Assembly: GCA_041649715.1 (NCBI GenBank)
Contig: JBAZMP010000001.1
Span: 375,287 to 434,637, forward strand
Source: Patescibacteria group bacterium
GTDB lineage: Bacteria; Patescibacteriota; Patescibacteriia; JAXHNJ01
Length of the DNA stretch: 59,351 nucleotides
Direction: 5' to 3'
Shown one piece after another: positions 29,515 through 38,494 of this stretch (position 1 is its first letter; every line of letters begins with the position of its first letter). The notes under the pieces are model-generated. The model did not search any database. It saw only the letters and a program-made list of their open reading frames with translations, and was not told where the DNA came from. Both the position numbers and the translations under genes were made by a program.

Positions 29515-30622
29515 TTTTCTTCATGGCATTAATTATTATTTCAGTTATCCTCCCCGCCGTTTTGCCGTCCCAATAATGGGGTATTTTGCCTCTTTTTCCC
29601 CGATTTTTGGTTATTTTTTGCGATTGTTTAACAATATTATCCATTTTGATTCCCGCCAATACATTGGTGCCTTGCGTGATAGTAATGGGGCGTTCAGTAT
29701 TTTCCCTAATTGTTAGACAGGGTATCTTTAGGGCGGTAGTTTCTTCTTGGATGCCGCCTGAATCTGTCATTACGAACTTGGCGTTCGCCATTAAAGATAA
29801 AAACTCAAGATAAGAAATCGGCGGCAGAAGATATATGTTCTTTTGCTTCTTTAATAATGGGGTGAGTTTGAATTTCTTAATCATATTTTTTGTCCGGGGG
29901 TGAACTGGCCAGACAATGGGGATGTCTTTCTGAATTACGGAAAAAGCCCCGAGGATATTGGTCAGTGTCTTTTTATTGTCTACATTACCGGGTCTGTGGA
30001 GCGTAACCACCGAATATTTATTTAGGTCCAAGCCATATTTCTTAAGAGGGGACAGCTTTTTGGCTTTTTTCAGATTATAGATAAGGGTGTCAATCATGAT
30101 ATTACCGACAAAAAATATCTTGCTTGCCTTGATTCCCTCCTTAATTAAATTATTTTTTGCTTCTGGTTCGGTGGTAAAAAGAAAGTCTGAGAGCTGGTCG
30201 GTGATTATTCGGTTTATCTCTTCCGGCATATCTCGGTCATAGCTTCTTAAGCCTGCTTCCACATGAGCGATCGGTATATGGAGTTTTGAGGCGGTTAAAC
30301 TGGCCGCCACGGTTGAATTAACGTCGCCGACAACGACAATAAGATTCGGTTTTTCCTGGATAAATATTTTTTCAAGTTCGATCATAATATTGGCTGTTTG
30401 GACGGCATGGCTGCCCGAACCGACATTAAGATTGAAATCCGGCGTTCTAATTCCCAGGTCTTTAAAAAAATTGCCCGACATTTCGCGGTCGTAATGTTGA
30501 CCAGTATGAATAAGAAGATGTTCAATTATTTTCAATCTGGCAAATTCTCGGGTTAAAGGGGCGATTTTCATAAAGTTTGGCCGGGCGCCGACGATGCTGG
30601 TGATTTTTATTTTTTTCGGCAT
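29507..30622 (-). CDS. wecB: UDP-N-acetylglucosamine 2-epimerase (non-hydrolysing)
   Basis: IVGARPNFMKIAPL, HTGQHYD, HVEAGLRS and DSGGIQEETT are canonical WecB/MnaA blocks. Confidence 0.92.
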   Translation of the reverse strand: MPKKIKITSIVGARPNFMKIAPLTREFARLKIIEHLLIHTGQHYDREMSGNFFKDLGIRTPDFNLNVGSGSHAVQTANIMIELEKIFIQEKPNLIVVVGDVNSTVAASLTASKLHIPIAHVEAGLRSYDRDMPEEINRIITDQLSDFLFTTEPEAKNNLIKEGIKASKIFFVGNIMIDTLIYNLKKAKKLSPLKKYGLDLNKYSVVTLHRPGNVDNKKTLTNILGAFSVIQKDIPIVWPVHPRTKNMIKKFKLTPLLKKQKNIYLLPPISYLEFLSLMANAKFVMTDSGGIQEETTALKIPCLTIRENTERPITITQGTNVLAGIKMDNIVKQSQKITKNRGKRGKIPHYWDGKTAGRITEIIINAMKKNG

Positions 30623-31560
30623 TATTTTGACCTTTCTTTATACCACTTAATGCTTTTTTTAAGACCGGTTTCAAAATTATCGATAACTCTATAGCCGAGC
30701 ATCTTCTCGGCCTTTTTTATGCTGGCGCAGGAATGCTTAACATCGCCAATTCTCGCTTTTTTGAAAATTGGTTCAATTGATTTGCCGAGAGCCATGTTGA
30801 TTATTTCCACTAACTCTAATAGGTTCTTAGTGTCATTGCAGGCGATATTAAAAATTTCACCGGAGACATCTTTGGCTTCGCAGGCAAGTATGTTGGCTTG
30901 AACGTTATTTTCAACGAAAGTAAAATCACGGCTTTGCCTGCCATCGCCGTAAATTATTGGCGGTTTGTCTTTTAGTATGCAGGTGATGAATTTCGGAATA
31001 ACTGCTGCATATTCAGATTTTGGGTCTTGGAATGGTCCAAAAACATTAAAGTATCTTAGAATTACCGTTTCAAGCCCGTAAAGTTTATAAAAAAGCTTGC
31101 AATAATATTCACCCGCTAGTTTAGTTAGGGCATAAGGAGAGAGGGGATTGGGGGGTATTTCCTCGTTTTTTTCCCTTTCTTGGCTGTTGCCATATACCGA
31201 GCTTGAGCTGGCGTAGACTAATCTTTTAATCTGAACCTCCCTAGCGGCGGTAAGGACGCTTAGGGTGCCGTTAATATTGTGATCGTTGGATATTATAGGA
31301 TTATCGACAGATCTTGGGACTGAGGGGAGAGCGGCTTGGTGTAGAACGTAATCAAAGCCCCTAAATTCTTGCTTCATTCTTTCCGTGTCTCTGATATCGC
31401 CCTTTATGAATTCAATTTTGTTTTCAAGATCTTTAAGGTTTTCCCTTTTTCCCGTTATTAAATTATCGATTACTTTCACCTGATGGCCATCTCCGACTAA
31501 TCTTTTGGTAATATTTGAGCCGATAAATCCGGCGCCACCGGTAACAATGTATTTACTCAT
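30622..31560 (-). CDS. NAD-dependent nucleotide-sugar 4-epimerase-like SDR (WbpP/TviC-like)
   Basis: VTGGAGFIGSN, ASSSSVYG and PYALTKLAGEYY (YxxxK). Confidence 0.8.
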   Translation of the reverse strand: MSKYIVTGGAGFIGSNITKRLVGDGHQVKVIDNLITGKRENLKDLENKIEFIKGDIRDTERMKQEFRGFDYVLHQAALPSVPRSVDNPIISNDHNINGTLSVLTAAREVQIKRLVYASSSSVYGNSQEREKNEEIPPNPLSPYALTKLAGEYYCKLFYKLYGLETVILRYFNVFGPFQDPKSEYAAVIPKFITCILKDKPPIIYGDGRQSRDFTFVENNVQANILACEAKDVSGEIFNIACNDTKNLLELVEIINMALGKSIEPIFKKARIGDVKHSCASIKKAEKMLGYRVIDNFETGLKKSIKWYKERSK

Positions 31561-31927
31561 AGTGTTTTTCTATTCGTTTTTTTATAATAATAATTAAAAA
31601 CGGGATTAAAATTAATAATAAATTTTGCCAAAGAATATTTTGAGTTGTAACGGGTAAATTGAACATTTTGTTATAAAACACCGTATTTAGTGAAACCAGA
31701 ATGATCGATGAAGGTAATGTCAGAATGAATCTTTCAGCTTCATTGATCTCATCTTTATTAAAAAAAATATAAAGCCAGGTATAACCCGGTAGAATAAAAA
31801 GATAAGCTAGACCAAAATAGATTCTAAAAGAAAACAACAGCCCTGTAAAAAGTCCCGTGACAAAAGAAAGCAGGGCCAAGATAATAAGGCTGATTAAAAT
31901 GTGTTGTAAAACTTTATTCTTTGGCAT
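31553..31927 (-). CDS. small membrane protein (4 TM), unknown function
   Basis: Hydrophobic 124-aa ORF, first gene of the minus-strand block, overlapping the next gene by 8 nt. Confidence 0.5.
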   Translation of the reverse strand: MPKNKVLQHILISLIILALLSFVTGLFTGLLFSFRIYFGLAYLFILPGYTWLYIFFNKDEINEAERFILTLPSSIILVSLNTVFYNKMFNLPVTTQNILWQNLLLILIPFLIIIIKKRIEKHYE

Positions 31928-31993
31928 ATCTAAACGAAATATAATAGTAATAATTATACTAATTATACCTGTCCTTGTAAAGGGGGTTCATTG

Positions 31994-33667
31994 ATGGTAC
32001 AATGGAGCAATAATATGAATAAAATAAACCCAATACCAAAAATAGGAGATATAAAAAGTAATGTCGTAAGACAAAAGTACTTATTACTTATATTTGTTCT
32101 AATTTTCTTTTTTATTTATTCCTATTTTTCCTTTTTACCTTTTCATAAATATAGCTCGCCTGATGAGACTTTAAACTATTTTTTCACCAATCATTTTATA
32201 GAAAATGGTAATTTTAAATATGAGGAATCATTAAACAGTAGGTTTGAGGGAATTATTAAGCCGCGAAGCTTCGCTTATGCGGGTGATGGTTATACAGTGC
32301 CCGGATCATTTCTCGGTTTGCCCCTGTTTTACGGCGTCTTGGGTAAAATTTTTGGCACCTGGATCATCTATTATATCGGGCCTCTGTTAGCGAGTCTTTC
32401 CGTCTTTTTCTTTTATCTTTTTATTAAAAAAATATTTACAGATAAGATCGCTTTTATCAGCAGCCTTATCTTGTTTACCCAGCCGATTTTTATATTTTAT
32501 GCTATGAGGCCGTTCTGGCACAATGGATTATTTGTCAGTTTTTTGATTATTGCCAGCTATTTTTTATTAAGAATAATTAACGAAAAAAAATGGCGGGATT
32601 ATCTGTTATTTGGAATTTTTCTCGGTCTGTCTCTAGCTATAAGAACTTCGGAGCTTGTCTGGATTTTGTTTTCAGTTATAGCTTTTCTCGGGATAAATTA
32701 TAAGAAAATAAATCGCAAGTATTTAATCATTAGCTTATTTTCATTTATCATAATATTAGCCCCTCTTTTTTACTATCAGTATCAAACCTATGGGAATGCT
32801 TTGACAACCAGTTATACGAGAGGTTTGTTTGAGGGGACAAGCGCTTCTAACGACGGAAATAGCAGCGCCTTTCAAATATTATCAAAAATATTCCTGCCTT
32901 TTGGCTATAAACCCGAATTATTTTTAAAAACATTTTATAACTATTCATTCAAATTAATGTTTCCTTGGTTTACGCTCGCCATATTCGGACTCGTAATAAT
33001 CTTGAAAAGATTCTGGCAGACCAGGGATAATAAAAAAATTCTATTTTACAGCTTATGGTTTTTGGGGGTCAGCCTGTGGTTAATGGTATTTTACGGAAGT
33101 TTAAAATTTGTCGAGTATATTAATGAGGAAAGCATTTTAATCGGAATTTCTTATGCCCGTTATTGGTTGCCGATTTATATATTTTGTTTGCCCTTGACTG
33201 TCGTATTTACTTTATATATATCGGAAAAGATAATTCCCGAGGTCAGAAAACTAAGCCTGGTTCTTCTTGTGGCGTTAATTATATTTGTCGGCATTTTTCA
33301 AATATTTCTAGATCCCTATTACGGAGTTCAGGAAACTAAGACAAATTTTTTGGCGGAAGCGAAAACCAAGCTTTATTTTGCCTTGGAAAAAACCGAGAAA
33401 AATGCTATTATTATAGCCGGTGTTTCAGACAAAATTTATTGGCCCGAGCGCCGGGTCATCGGCTATAACGGAACTATTATGCCAACCGACATTCTGGTAA
33501 AAATAAAGTCTTTGTCTGAAATAAGCCCCGTTTATTATGATTGCTCTACATCGAGCGAGATACAGCGGGTAAATAATTATTTGTATGAGCGGGAACTTAA
33601 TTTTAAGCCCGTGGCCGCAGATTCAAATTTTTATGTTTTGTCAAAAATAAAAAATGATAACCTATAA
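31994..33667 (+). CDS. GT-C fold membrane glycosyltransferase (ArnT/PMT family 39-like)
   Basis: GGGGG RBS 7-8 nt before the ATG at 31994. The polytopic N-part and a C-terminal soluble domain follow the PMT_2/ArnT-like architecture, which uses polyprenyl-phosphate sugar donors. Confidence 0.6.
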   Translation: MVQWSNNMNKINPIPKIGDIKSNVVRQKYLLLIFVLIFFFIYSYFSFLPFHKYSSPDETLNYFFTNHFIENGNFKYEESLNSRFEGIIKPRSFAYAGDGYTVPGSFLGLPLFYGVLGKIFGTWIIYYIGPLLASLSVFFFYLFIKKIFTDKIAFISSLILFTQPIFIFYAMRPFWHNGLFVSFLIIASYFLLRIINEKKWRDYLLFGIFLGLSLAIRTSELVWILFSVIAFLGINYKKINRKYLIISLFSFIIILAPLFYYQYQTYGNALTTSYTRGLFEGTSASNDGNSSAFQILSKIFLPFGYKPELFLKTFYNYSFKLMFPWFTLAIFGLVIILKRFWQTRDNKKILFYSLWFLGVSLWLMVFYGSLKFVEYINEESILIGISYARYWLPIYIFCLPLTVVFTLYISEKIIPEVRKLSLVLLVALIIFVGIFQIFLDPYYGVQETKTNFLAEAKTKLYFALEKTEKNAIIIAGVSDKIYWPERRVIGYNGTIMPTDILVKIKSLSEISPVYYDCSTSSEIQRVNNYLYERELNFKPVAADSNFYVLSKIKNDNL

Positions 33668-35219
33668 TAAAACGATCGTATTAATCTTAAGAATAATTTT
33701 GATATTTGTTCCCGTTTTTATTTTTATCTGGATTCTGAATCAGAATTACGCTTTGACCGGCCATGTCAAATATCGCTATACCCCCGGTGATAATTCTGTA
33801 TATAACATCATACAACTTGATCAGCCAGAAAGTATAGTCGGAGTAAGTTCGAATAATAACCGGACTGGCTGGCGCCAAGCGGATGACAATATGAAATTTA
33901 ATGTTTCTCTTTTTAGAAATTTTGACCAAGTTAATCTTAATATTGGCTTGAATAATATATCCCAAGATAATATAAGTTTATATGCCCAGGGGGGCGTCGA
34001 TAGGGGGGAATACGAACAGATTGTCCGCAATCAATTTTTAGATGAATTAGATTGGGATTATATTATTGAAGACGGCTATACCTTATGGCAGAGGCCCGCG
34101 GGCGGCTATAGGACGCTGGAGAACCTTAATCCTGAAGATACGGAGCCGTTACAAGTGGAAAGAGAGGCGATACATTATTACCAGTCTATTAGTGAGTTCA
34201 TGAAAAATATGCCCGCTCAGGACAAAATAGGGATAGTTGGCTTGCCCCAAGAAAGATTTTATCGCGTCAAGGATTATGTTAGCAATAATTTAACTAATGA
34301 AATAAATCATTATTTTAGGGGAGGACATGTTTTATATACATATATAGATAAAGAAGATAATTTTGTTCTCCGTTTTAATAAAATTGATCTTGATCGCGAA
34401 ATGGGTCACGATGATCTAGTCTTCAAAATGTATCTAGGGAATAAATTAGTTTTTAGCAAATTATTCGCCGACAACGGAATAACACCGGAAACTGAAAATT
34501 GGGGCAATGCCCAGGATTGTTTAGTTGAAGATATCGATTTTGACTCCGGTCTATACAAAATAGTAATCGAGACTAACGACGATGTGATTTTTGGCGAGAT
34601 AGAAAGTAGCCAAAAATATTTGTCATTTTTTGACCACATTTTTTTAGCAGATGGCCCCAATTATTCTTCGGGCCTAGATTTTCAACAAACCGAGATATTG
34701 ACTGACAGCGAAAATATAAAATTTGACACCCCCCATGAATCAGGCGCTCAGCAATACATCACTATCGGCGGGGATTCTAATATGCGGAGTATTTATATAG
34801 GAAGTCCTAAAACTGTTTACCCGGTTAGTAATCTAGGTGGTCGCAATGCAGTAAAATTACAAAAAAGTAGCATATATATCAGTGGTAACAATTTTAGTTT
34901 TGAAAATTTCGAATTAATACCCCCCTTTGTTAAAAAACCGTTTATAAATGTTAAGAATAACATTGATGGCATTGATTATATATTAGCGGTTTATAAGCCC
35001 CAAAAAACATTTGGTTCAATTTTAGTTAGCGCAAATTACGATTTGGACAAATTATTTAAAAAAGATAATAATATTTATTTTAATCTTAGGGCCCCCGATC
35101 TTTATAAAAATAAAGAAAAGATAGAAATAAATTACATTGAAGTTGAATTAATAGGTGAGCCCCTGACTTTTCAAAAAATATATCAAAAACTTGTTGTTTT
35201 TTTTAAAGCCATCTTTTAA
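33654..35219 (+). CDS. hypothetical N-terminally anchored extracytoplasmic protein
   Basis: One N-terminal TM helix (IVLILRIILIFVPVFIFIWIL) followed by about 480 hydrophilic residues. It overlaps the upstream gene by 14 nt. No motif recognised. Confidence 0.6.
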   Translation: MITYNKTIVLILRIILIFVPVFIFIWILNQNYALTGHVKYRYTPGDNSVYNIIQLDQPESIVGVSSNNNRTGWRQADDNMKFNVSLFRNFDQVNLNIGLNNISQDNISLYAQGGVDRGEYEQIVRNQFLDELDWDYIIEDGYTLWQRPAGGYRTLENLNPEDTEPLQVEREAIHYYQSISEFMKNMPAQDKIGIVGLPQERFYRVKDYVSNNLTNEINHYFRGGHVLYTYIDKEDNFVLRFNKIDLDREMGHDDLVFKMYLGNKLVFSKLFADNGITPETENWGNAQDCLVEDIDFDSGLYKIVIETNDDVIFGEIESSQKYLSFFDHIFLADGPNYSSGLDFQQTEILTDSENIKFDTPHESGAQQYITIGGDSNMRSIYIGSPKTVYPVSNLGGRNAVKLQKSSIYISGNNFSFENFELIPPFVKKPFINVKNNIDGIDYILAVYKPQKTFGSILVSANYDLDKLFKKDNNIYFNLRAPDLYKNKEKIEINYIEVELIGEPLTFQKIYQKLVVFFKAIF

Positions 35220-35222
35220 AAA

Positions 35223-35633
35223 ATGATCAAAAATAGAGACAATAAAATAAAGGTGACACAATTATCGGGACTTTTAATAAAATGGGTCTTTCAGTATGCC
35301 TTTGTATCCTACCTATTTTTCTATTTGCTAGAAACGTTGTCTCCGGGTTTTATCACTCGTTCTTACAATCTGAATTATCATTTAGGTTTTGTTATTATTA
35401 TTTCCCTATTTCACTTTATCGCTATTCCCGTAGGCGGCGAGGCTAAGACTTACGAAAAACCAAAAATCAAAGATTTTATCTTTAGTATAATTTTTAGCCT
35501 GATTGCTTCAGTGGCGATTAATTATCGACTTAACGAATTGGGCAGTGTCTCTTATCTAATCTCAATTTTAAGCGGATTAATAATATTATCGTTGACCCTG
35601 TATATATTATTGGAAGATCGCGAAAATATATAA
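35223..35633 (+). CDS. small membrane protein, unknown function
   Basis: 136 aa with four hydrophobic segments, tightly packed after the 33654..35219 gene. Confidence 0.5.
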   Translation: MIKNRDNKIKVTQLSGLLIKWVFQYAFVSYLFFYLLETLSPGFITRSYNLNYHLGFVIIISLFHFIAIPVGGEAKTYEKPKIKDFIFSIIFSLIASVAINYRLNELGSVSYLISILSGLIILSLTLYILLEDRENI

Positions 35634-35688
35634 AGTTAGTTTTATTAATAACAAAAAATATATTATTACAGGCGTCAAGACAAAAAAG

Positions 35689-36129
35689 TTGAAGGTAATC
35701 TCAGACAGCCGGGGATTGCTCATGGAAATGATGCGGGCGGATGACCCGTTTTTTGAGAAATTCGGCCAGGTTTATCTTTCGGTAGCCAAACCCGGTTATG
35801 CCAAAGCCTGGCATTATCATAAGATCCAGACCGACCATTTTGTTATTGTTAAGGGCGATGCCAGGGTTGCTTTATACGATGGCCGGGAAAATTCACCGAC
35901 TAAGGGAGAAATCAATGATTTTGATATTGGTGAAAAAAATCCCATGTTAATAGTTATTCCGCCCGGCGTTTATCATGGTTATACCCCCATTGGGGACGAG
36001 CCGGCTTTTTTAGTAAACACTCCGACGGAAACCTATAATTACCAGGCGCCTGACGAACATCGAGTCTCTTTTGATGATCCGAAAATAAAGTATGACTGGG
36101 GAGTCAGTGAGGGGGACAGGGTAAGTTAA
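35689..36129 (+). CDS. rfbC: dTDP-4-dehydrorhamnose 3,5-epimerase-like cupin (short RmlC type)
   Basis: D.RG block (ISDSRGLLMEM), AWHYHKIQTDHFVIVKGDARVALYD and IPPGVYHGY are present. Only a TTG start is available, and the frame stays open further upstream. Confidence 0.7.
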   Translation: MKVISDSRGLLMEMMRADDPFFEKFGQVYLSVAKPGYAKAWHYHKIQTDHFVIVKGDARVALYDGRENSPTKGEINDFDIGEKNPMLIVIPPGVYHGYTPIGDEPAFLVNTPTETYNYQAPDEHRVSFDDPKIKYDWGVSEGDRVS

Positions 36130-36164
36130 GGGTGTAGTTTTGGCTAGTATGGTTTTAAGGTATG

Positions 36165-36246
36165 GTCTTAGGTTAAATCCAAAATTCAAAGCATAAAATC
36201 CAAAACAAATTTGAAATTCCAATTTTCCAAATCCAAAATTTCTTAG
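36165..36246. repeat. A/T-rich low-complexity tract built from AAATCC / AAAATT units
   Basis: aaatccaaaattcaaagcataaaatccaaaacaaatttgaaattccaattttccaaatccaaaatttc. A related tract follows kbl at 45096..45150. Confidence 0.6.
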
Positions 36247-36283
36247 TCGCTCAATATCTAAACCGCTTAATATCTTAAATAGC

Positions 36284-37216
36284 ATGAAAATTGCCGTTTC
36301 GGGCTCGTTGGCCTACGACCGGATCATGGATTTTCCGGGTAATTTTGCCGACCATATCCTGCCGGAAAAAATACACGTTTTAAACGTCAGTTTCTGCACT
36401 TCCACTTTCCGGGAGGGATTTGGAGGGACCGCCGGTAATATCGGCTATAGCCTGAGGCTCTTGGGAGAGGAGCCGATAATAATTTCACAAGTTGGTTCTG
36501 ATTTTAACAAATACGAAAAGTGGCTGTGCAAAAATAGAATTAATCCCTTTTCAATTAAAAAATATAAAAATGAATTAACTGCTTCTGCCTATATTATAAC
36601 CGACCAAAACGATAATCAAATCACGGGTTTTTACCCCGGAGCCATGAAATACGGAAGTGAATATAATCAAAAAAAAATTAAACAGGCCAAATATTTTCTT
36701 ATTTCACCAGGCAATAAAAAGGATATGATGGATTCAGTCTTGGTTGCAAGAAAGAATAAAATTCCCCATATTTTTGATTTTGGTCAGCAACTAGCCATTC
36801 TAACGCGGTCGGAATTAATAAAAGGTATTTTAGGAGCGAAAATTGTCATTGCCAATGATTACGAGATTGAATTAATGCTTAAAAAAACAGGGCTGACAAA
36901 AAAGAAAATTTTTGATAAAATAGAGCTACTTATCACTACTTTGGGCCCTGGGGGTGCGTTATTTGAGACAAAAAATAGGATTATAAAAATTCCGCCGGCC
37001 AAACCGAAGAATACCTGCGATCCCACCGGCGCCGGTGACGCTTTCCGGGCCGGCTTGATAAAGGGATTGGCTGAAGGGTACCCCTTAGAAAAAGTCGGAC
37101 GTCTGGCCGCCTTAGTAAGCGTTTACACCGTGGAAAAATACGGCACCCAAACCCATCATTTTACTTGGTCAGATTTAAAAAAAAGATATTATATTAATTT
37201 TAAGGAAAAATTATGA
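36284..37216 (+). CDS. PfkB-family carbohydrate/nucleoside kinase (adenosine kinase-like by context)
   Basis: [11 protein letters not shown] and the PfkB signature [12 protein letters not shown]. It overlaps ahcY by 4 nt. Confidence 0.8.
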   Translation: MKIAVSGSLAYDRIMDFPGNFADHILPEKIHVLNVSFCTSTFREGFGGTAGNIGYSLRLLGEEPIIISQVGSDFNKYEKWLCKNRINPFSIKKYKNELTASAYIITDQNDNQITGFYPGAMKYGSEYNQKKIKQAKYFLISPGNKKDMMDSVLVARKNKIPHIFDFGQQLAILTRSELIKGILGAKIVIANDYEIELMLKKTGLTKKKIFDKIELLITTLGPGGALFETKNRIIKIPPAKPKNTCDPTGAGDAFRAGLIKGLAEGYPLEKVGRLAALVSVYTVEKYGTQTHHFTWSDLKKRYYINFKEKL

Positions 37217-38469
37217 AGTATGACGTCAAATCGATTAAACTCGCGGACAAGGGGGAACTTAGAATTGAGTTCGCCGAAAAGCAGATGGATGTTCTACGCG
37301 AGATTCGCGAACGCTTTAAAAAAGAAAAACCATTGAAAGGTTTAAAGATCGGTGCCTGTCTGCATGTGACCGCCGAAACTGCCAATCTAATGCGGACCCT
37401 GAAAGCCGGAGGAGCAAAAGTGGTTTTGTGCGCCTCCAATCCGCTTTCCACTCAAAATGATGTGGCCGCCGCCTTAATCAAATATTCCTCCATACCCGTT
37501 TATGCCATAAAGGGAGAGAATCGACAAAAATATTATAAACACCTTAATGCAGTTTTAGATTTTAAGCCTAACATAACTCTGGATGACGGAGCGGATTTGG
37601 TTTCTACTTTACATGCGGAAAGGCCGAAGCAATTAAGCCAGATTCGGGCTTCCATGGAAGAAACCACTACGGGTGTGATTCGTTTGCGCAGCATGGAAAA
37701 GGATAAGGTGCTGAAAATTCCCGTGATTGCGGTCAACGACGCCAAAACCAAGCATTTTTTTGACAACCGCTACGGCACGGGCCAGAGCACCATGGACGGC
37801 ATTATCCGGGCGACCAACATATTGCTAGCCGGGAAGAATGTGATTATCGTCGGCTATGGCTGGTGCGGACGGGGCGCGGCCATGAGGGCTGACGGCCTGG
37901 GCGCTCACGTTATTGTGACGGAGGTGGATCCCTTGAAAGCGATTGAAGCGGTGATGGATGGCTACCGGGTGATGCCCATGAGCGAGGCGGCCAAGATCGG
38001 CGATATTTTCGTTACTTTAACCGGCGACATCAACGTCATCCGGCCGGAGCATTTTAAGCTGATGAAAAATGAAGCCGTGGTTTGCAATTCGGGGCATTTT
38101 GACGTAGAAATTGATTTAAAGGGACTGGCAAAAATGGCCAAGAAGGTTCGCCAGACCCGGGAGTTTGTCGAAGAATTTACGATTGGCAAAAATCAGAGGA
38201 TTAATGTTTTAGCCGGCGGCCGTTTAATAAACTTGGCGGCGGCGGAAGGCCATCCGGCCTCGGTCATGGATATGAGTTTTGCCAATCAGGCTTTATGTTC
38301 GGAATGGGTGGCCAAGCATTACAAAAATTTGAAAAAGCAGGTTTATACCGTGCCGGAAGAAATCGATGAATCCGTGGCCGCTATGAAGCTTGAAACCATG
38401 GGCGTGAAGATTGATAAGTTGACCGAGGAACAAAGAAAATATTTAGCCTCCTGGTCAATCGGAACATAA
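37213..38469 (+). CDS. ahcY: adenosylhomocysteinase
   Basis: [52 protein letters not shown] and GHFDVEID are canonical AhcY blocks. Confidence 0.95.
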   Translation: MKYDVKSIKLADKGELRIEFAEKQMDVLREIRERFKKEKPLKGLKIGACLHVTAETANLMRTLKAGGAKVVLCASNPLSTQNDVAAALIKYSSIPVYAIKGENRQKYYKHLNAVLDFKPNITLDDGADLVSTLHAERPKQLSQIRASMEETTTGVIRLRSMEKDKVLKIPVIAVNDAKTKHFFDNRYGTGQSTMDGIIRATNILLAGKNVIIVGYGWCGRGAAMRADGLGAHVIVTEVDPLKAIEAVMDGYRVMPMSEAAKIGDIFVTLTGDINVIRPEHFKLMKNEAVVCNSGHFDVEIDLKGLAKMAKKVRQTREFVEEFTIGKNQRINVLAGGRLINLAAAEGHPASVMDMSFANQALCSEWVAKHYKNLKKQVYTVPEEIDESVAAMKLETMGVKIDKLTEEQRKYLASWSIGT

Positions 38470-38494
38470 ACGGTAGTTAAATAAAATAATTTTA

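Noticed and set aside
36010-36285. 91-aa minus-strand ORF across the rfbC-like 3' end and the intergenic low-complexity tract
   Set aside because: It is antisense to a well-supported gene at one end and translates the AAATCC/AAAATT repeats at the other. It has no RBS.
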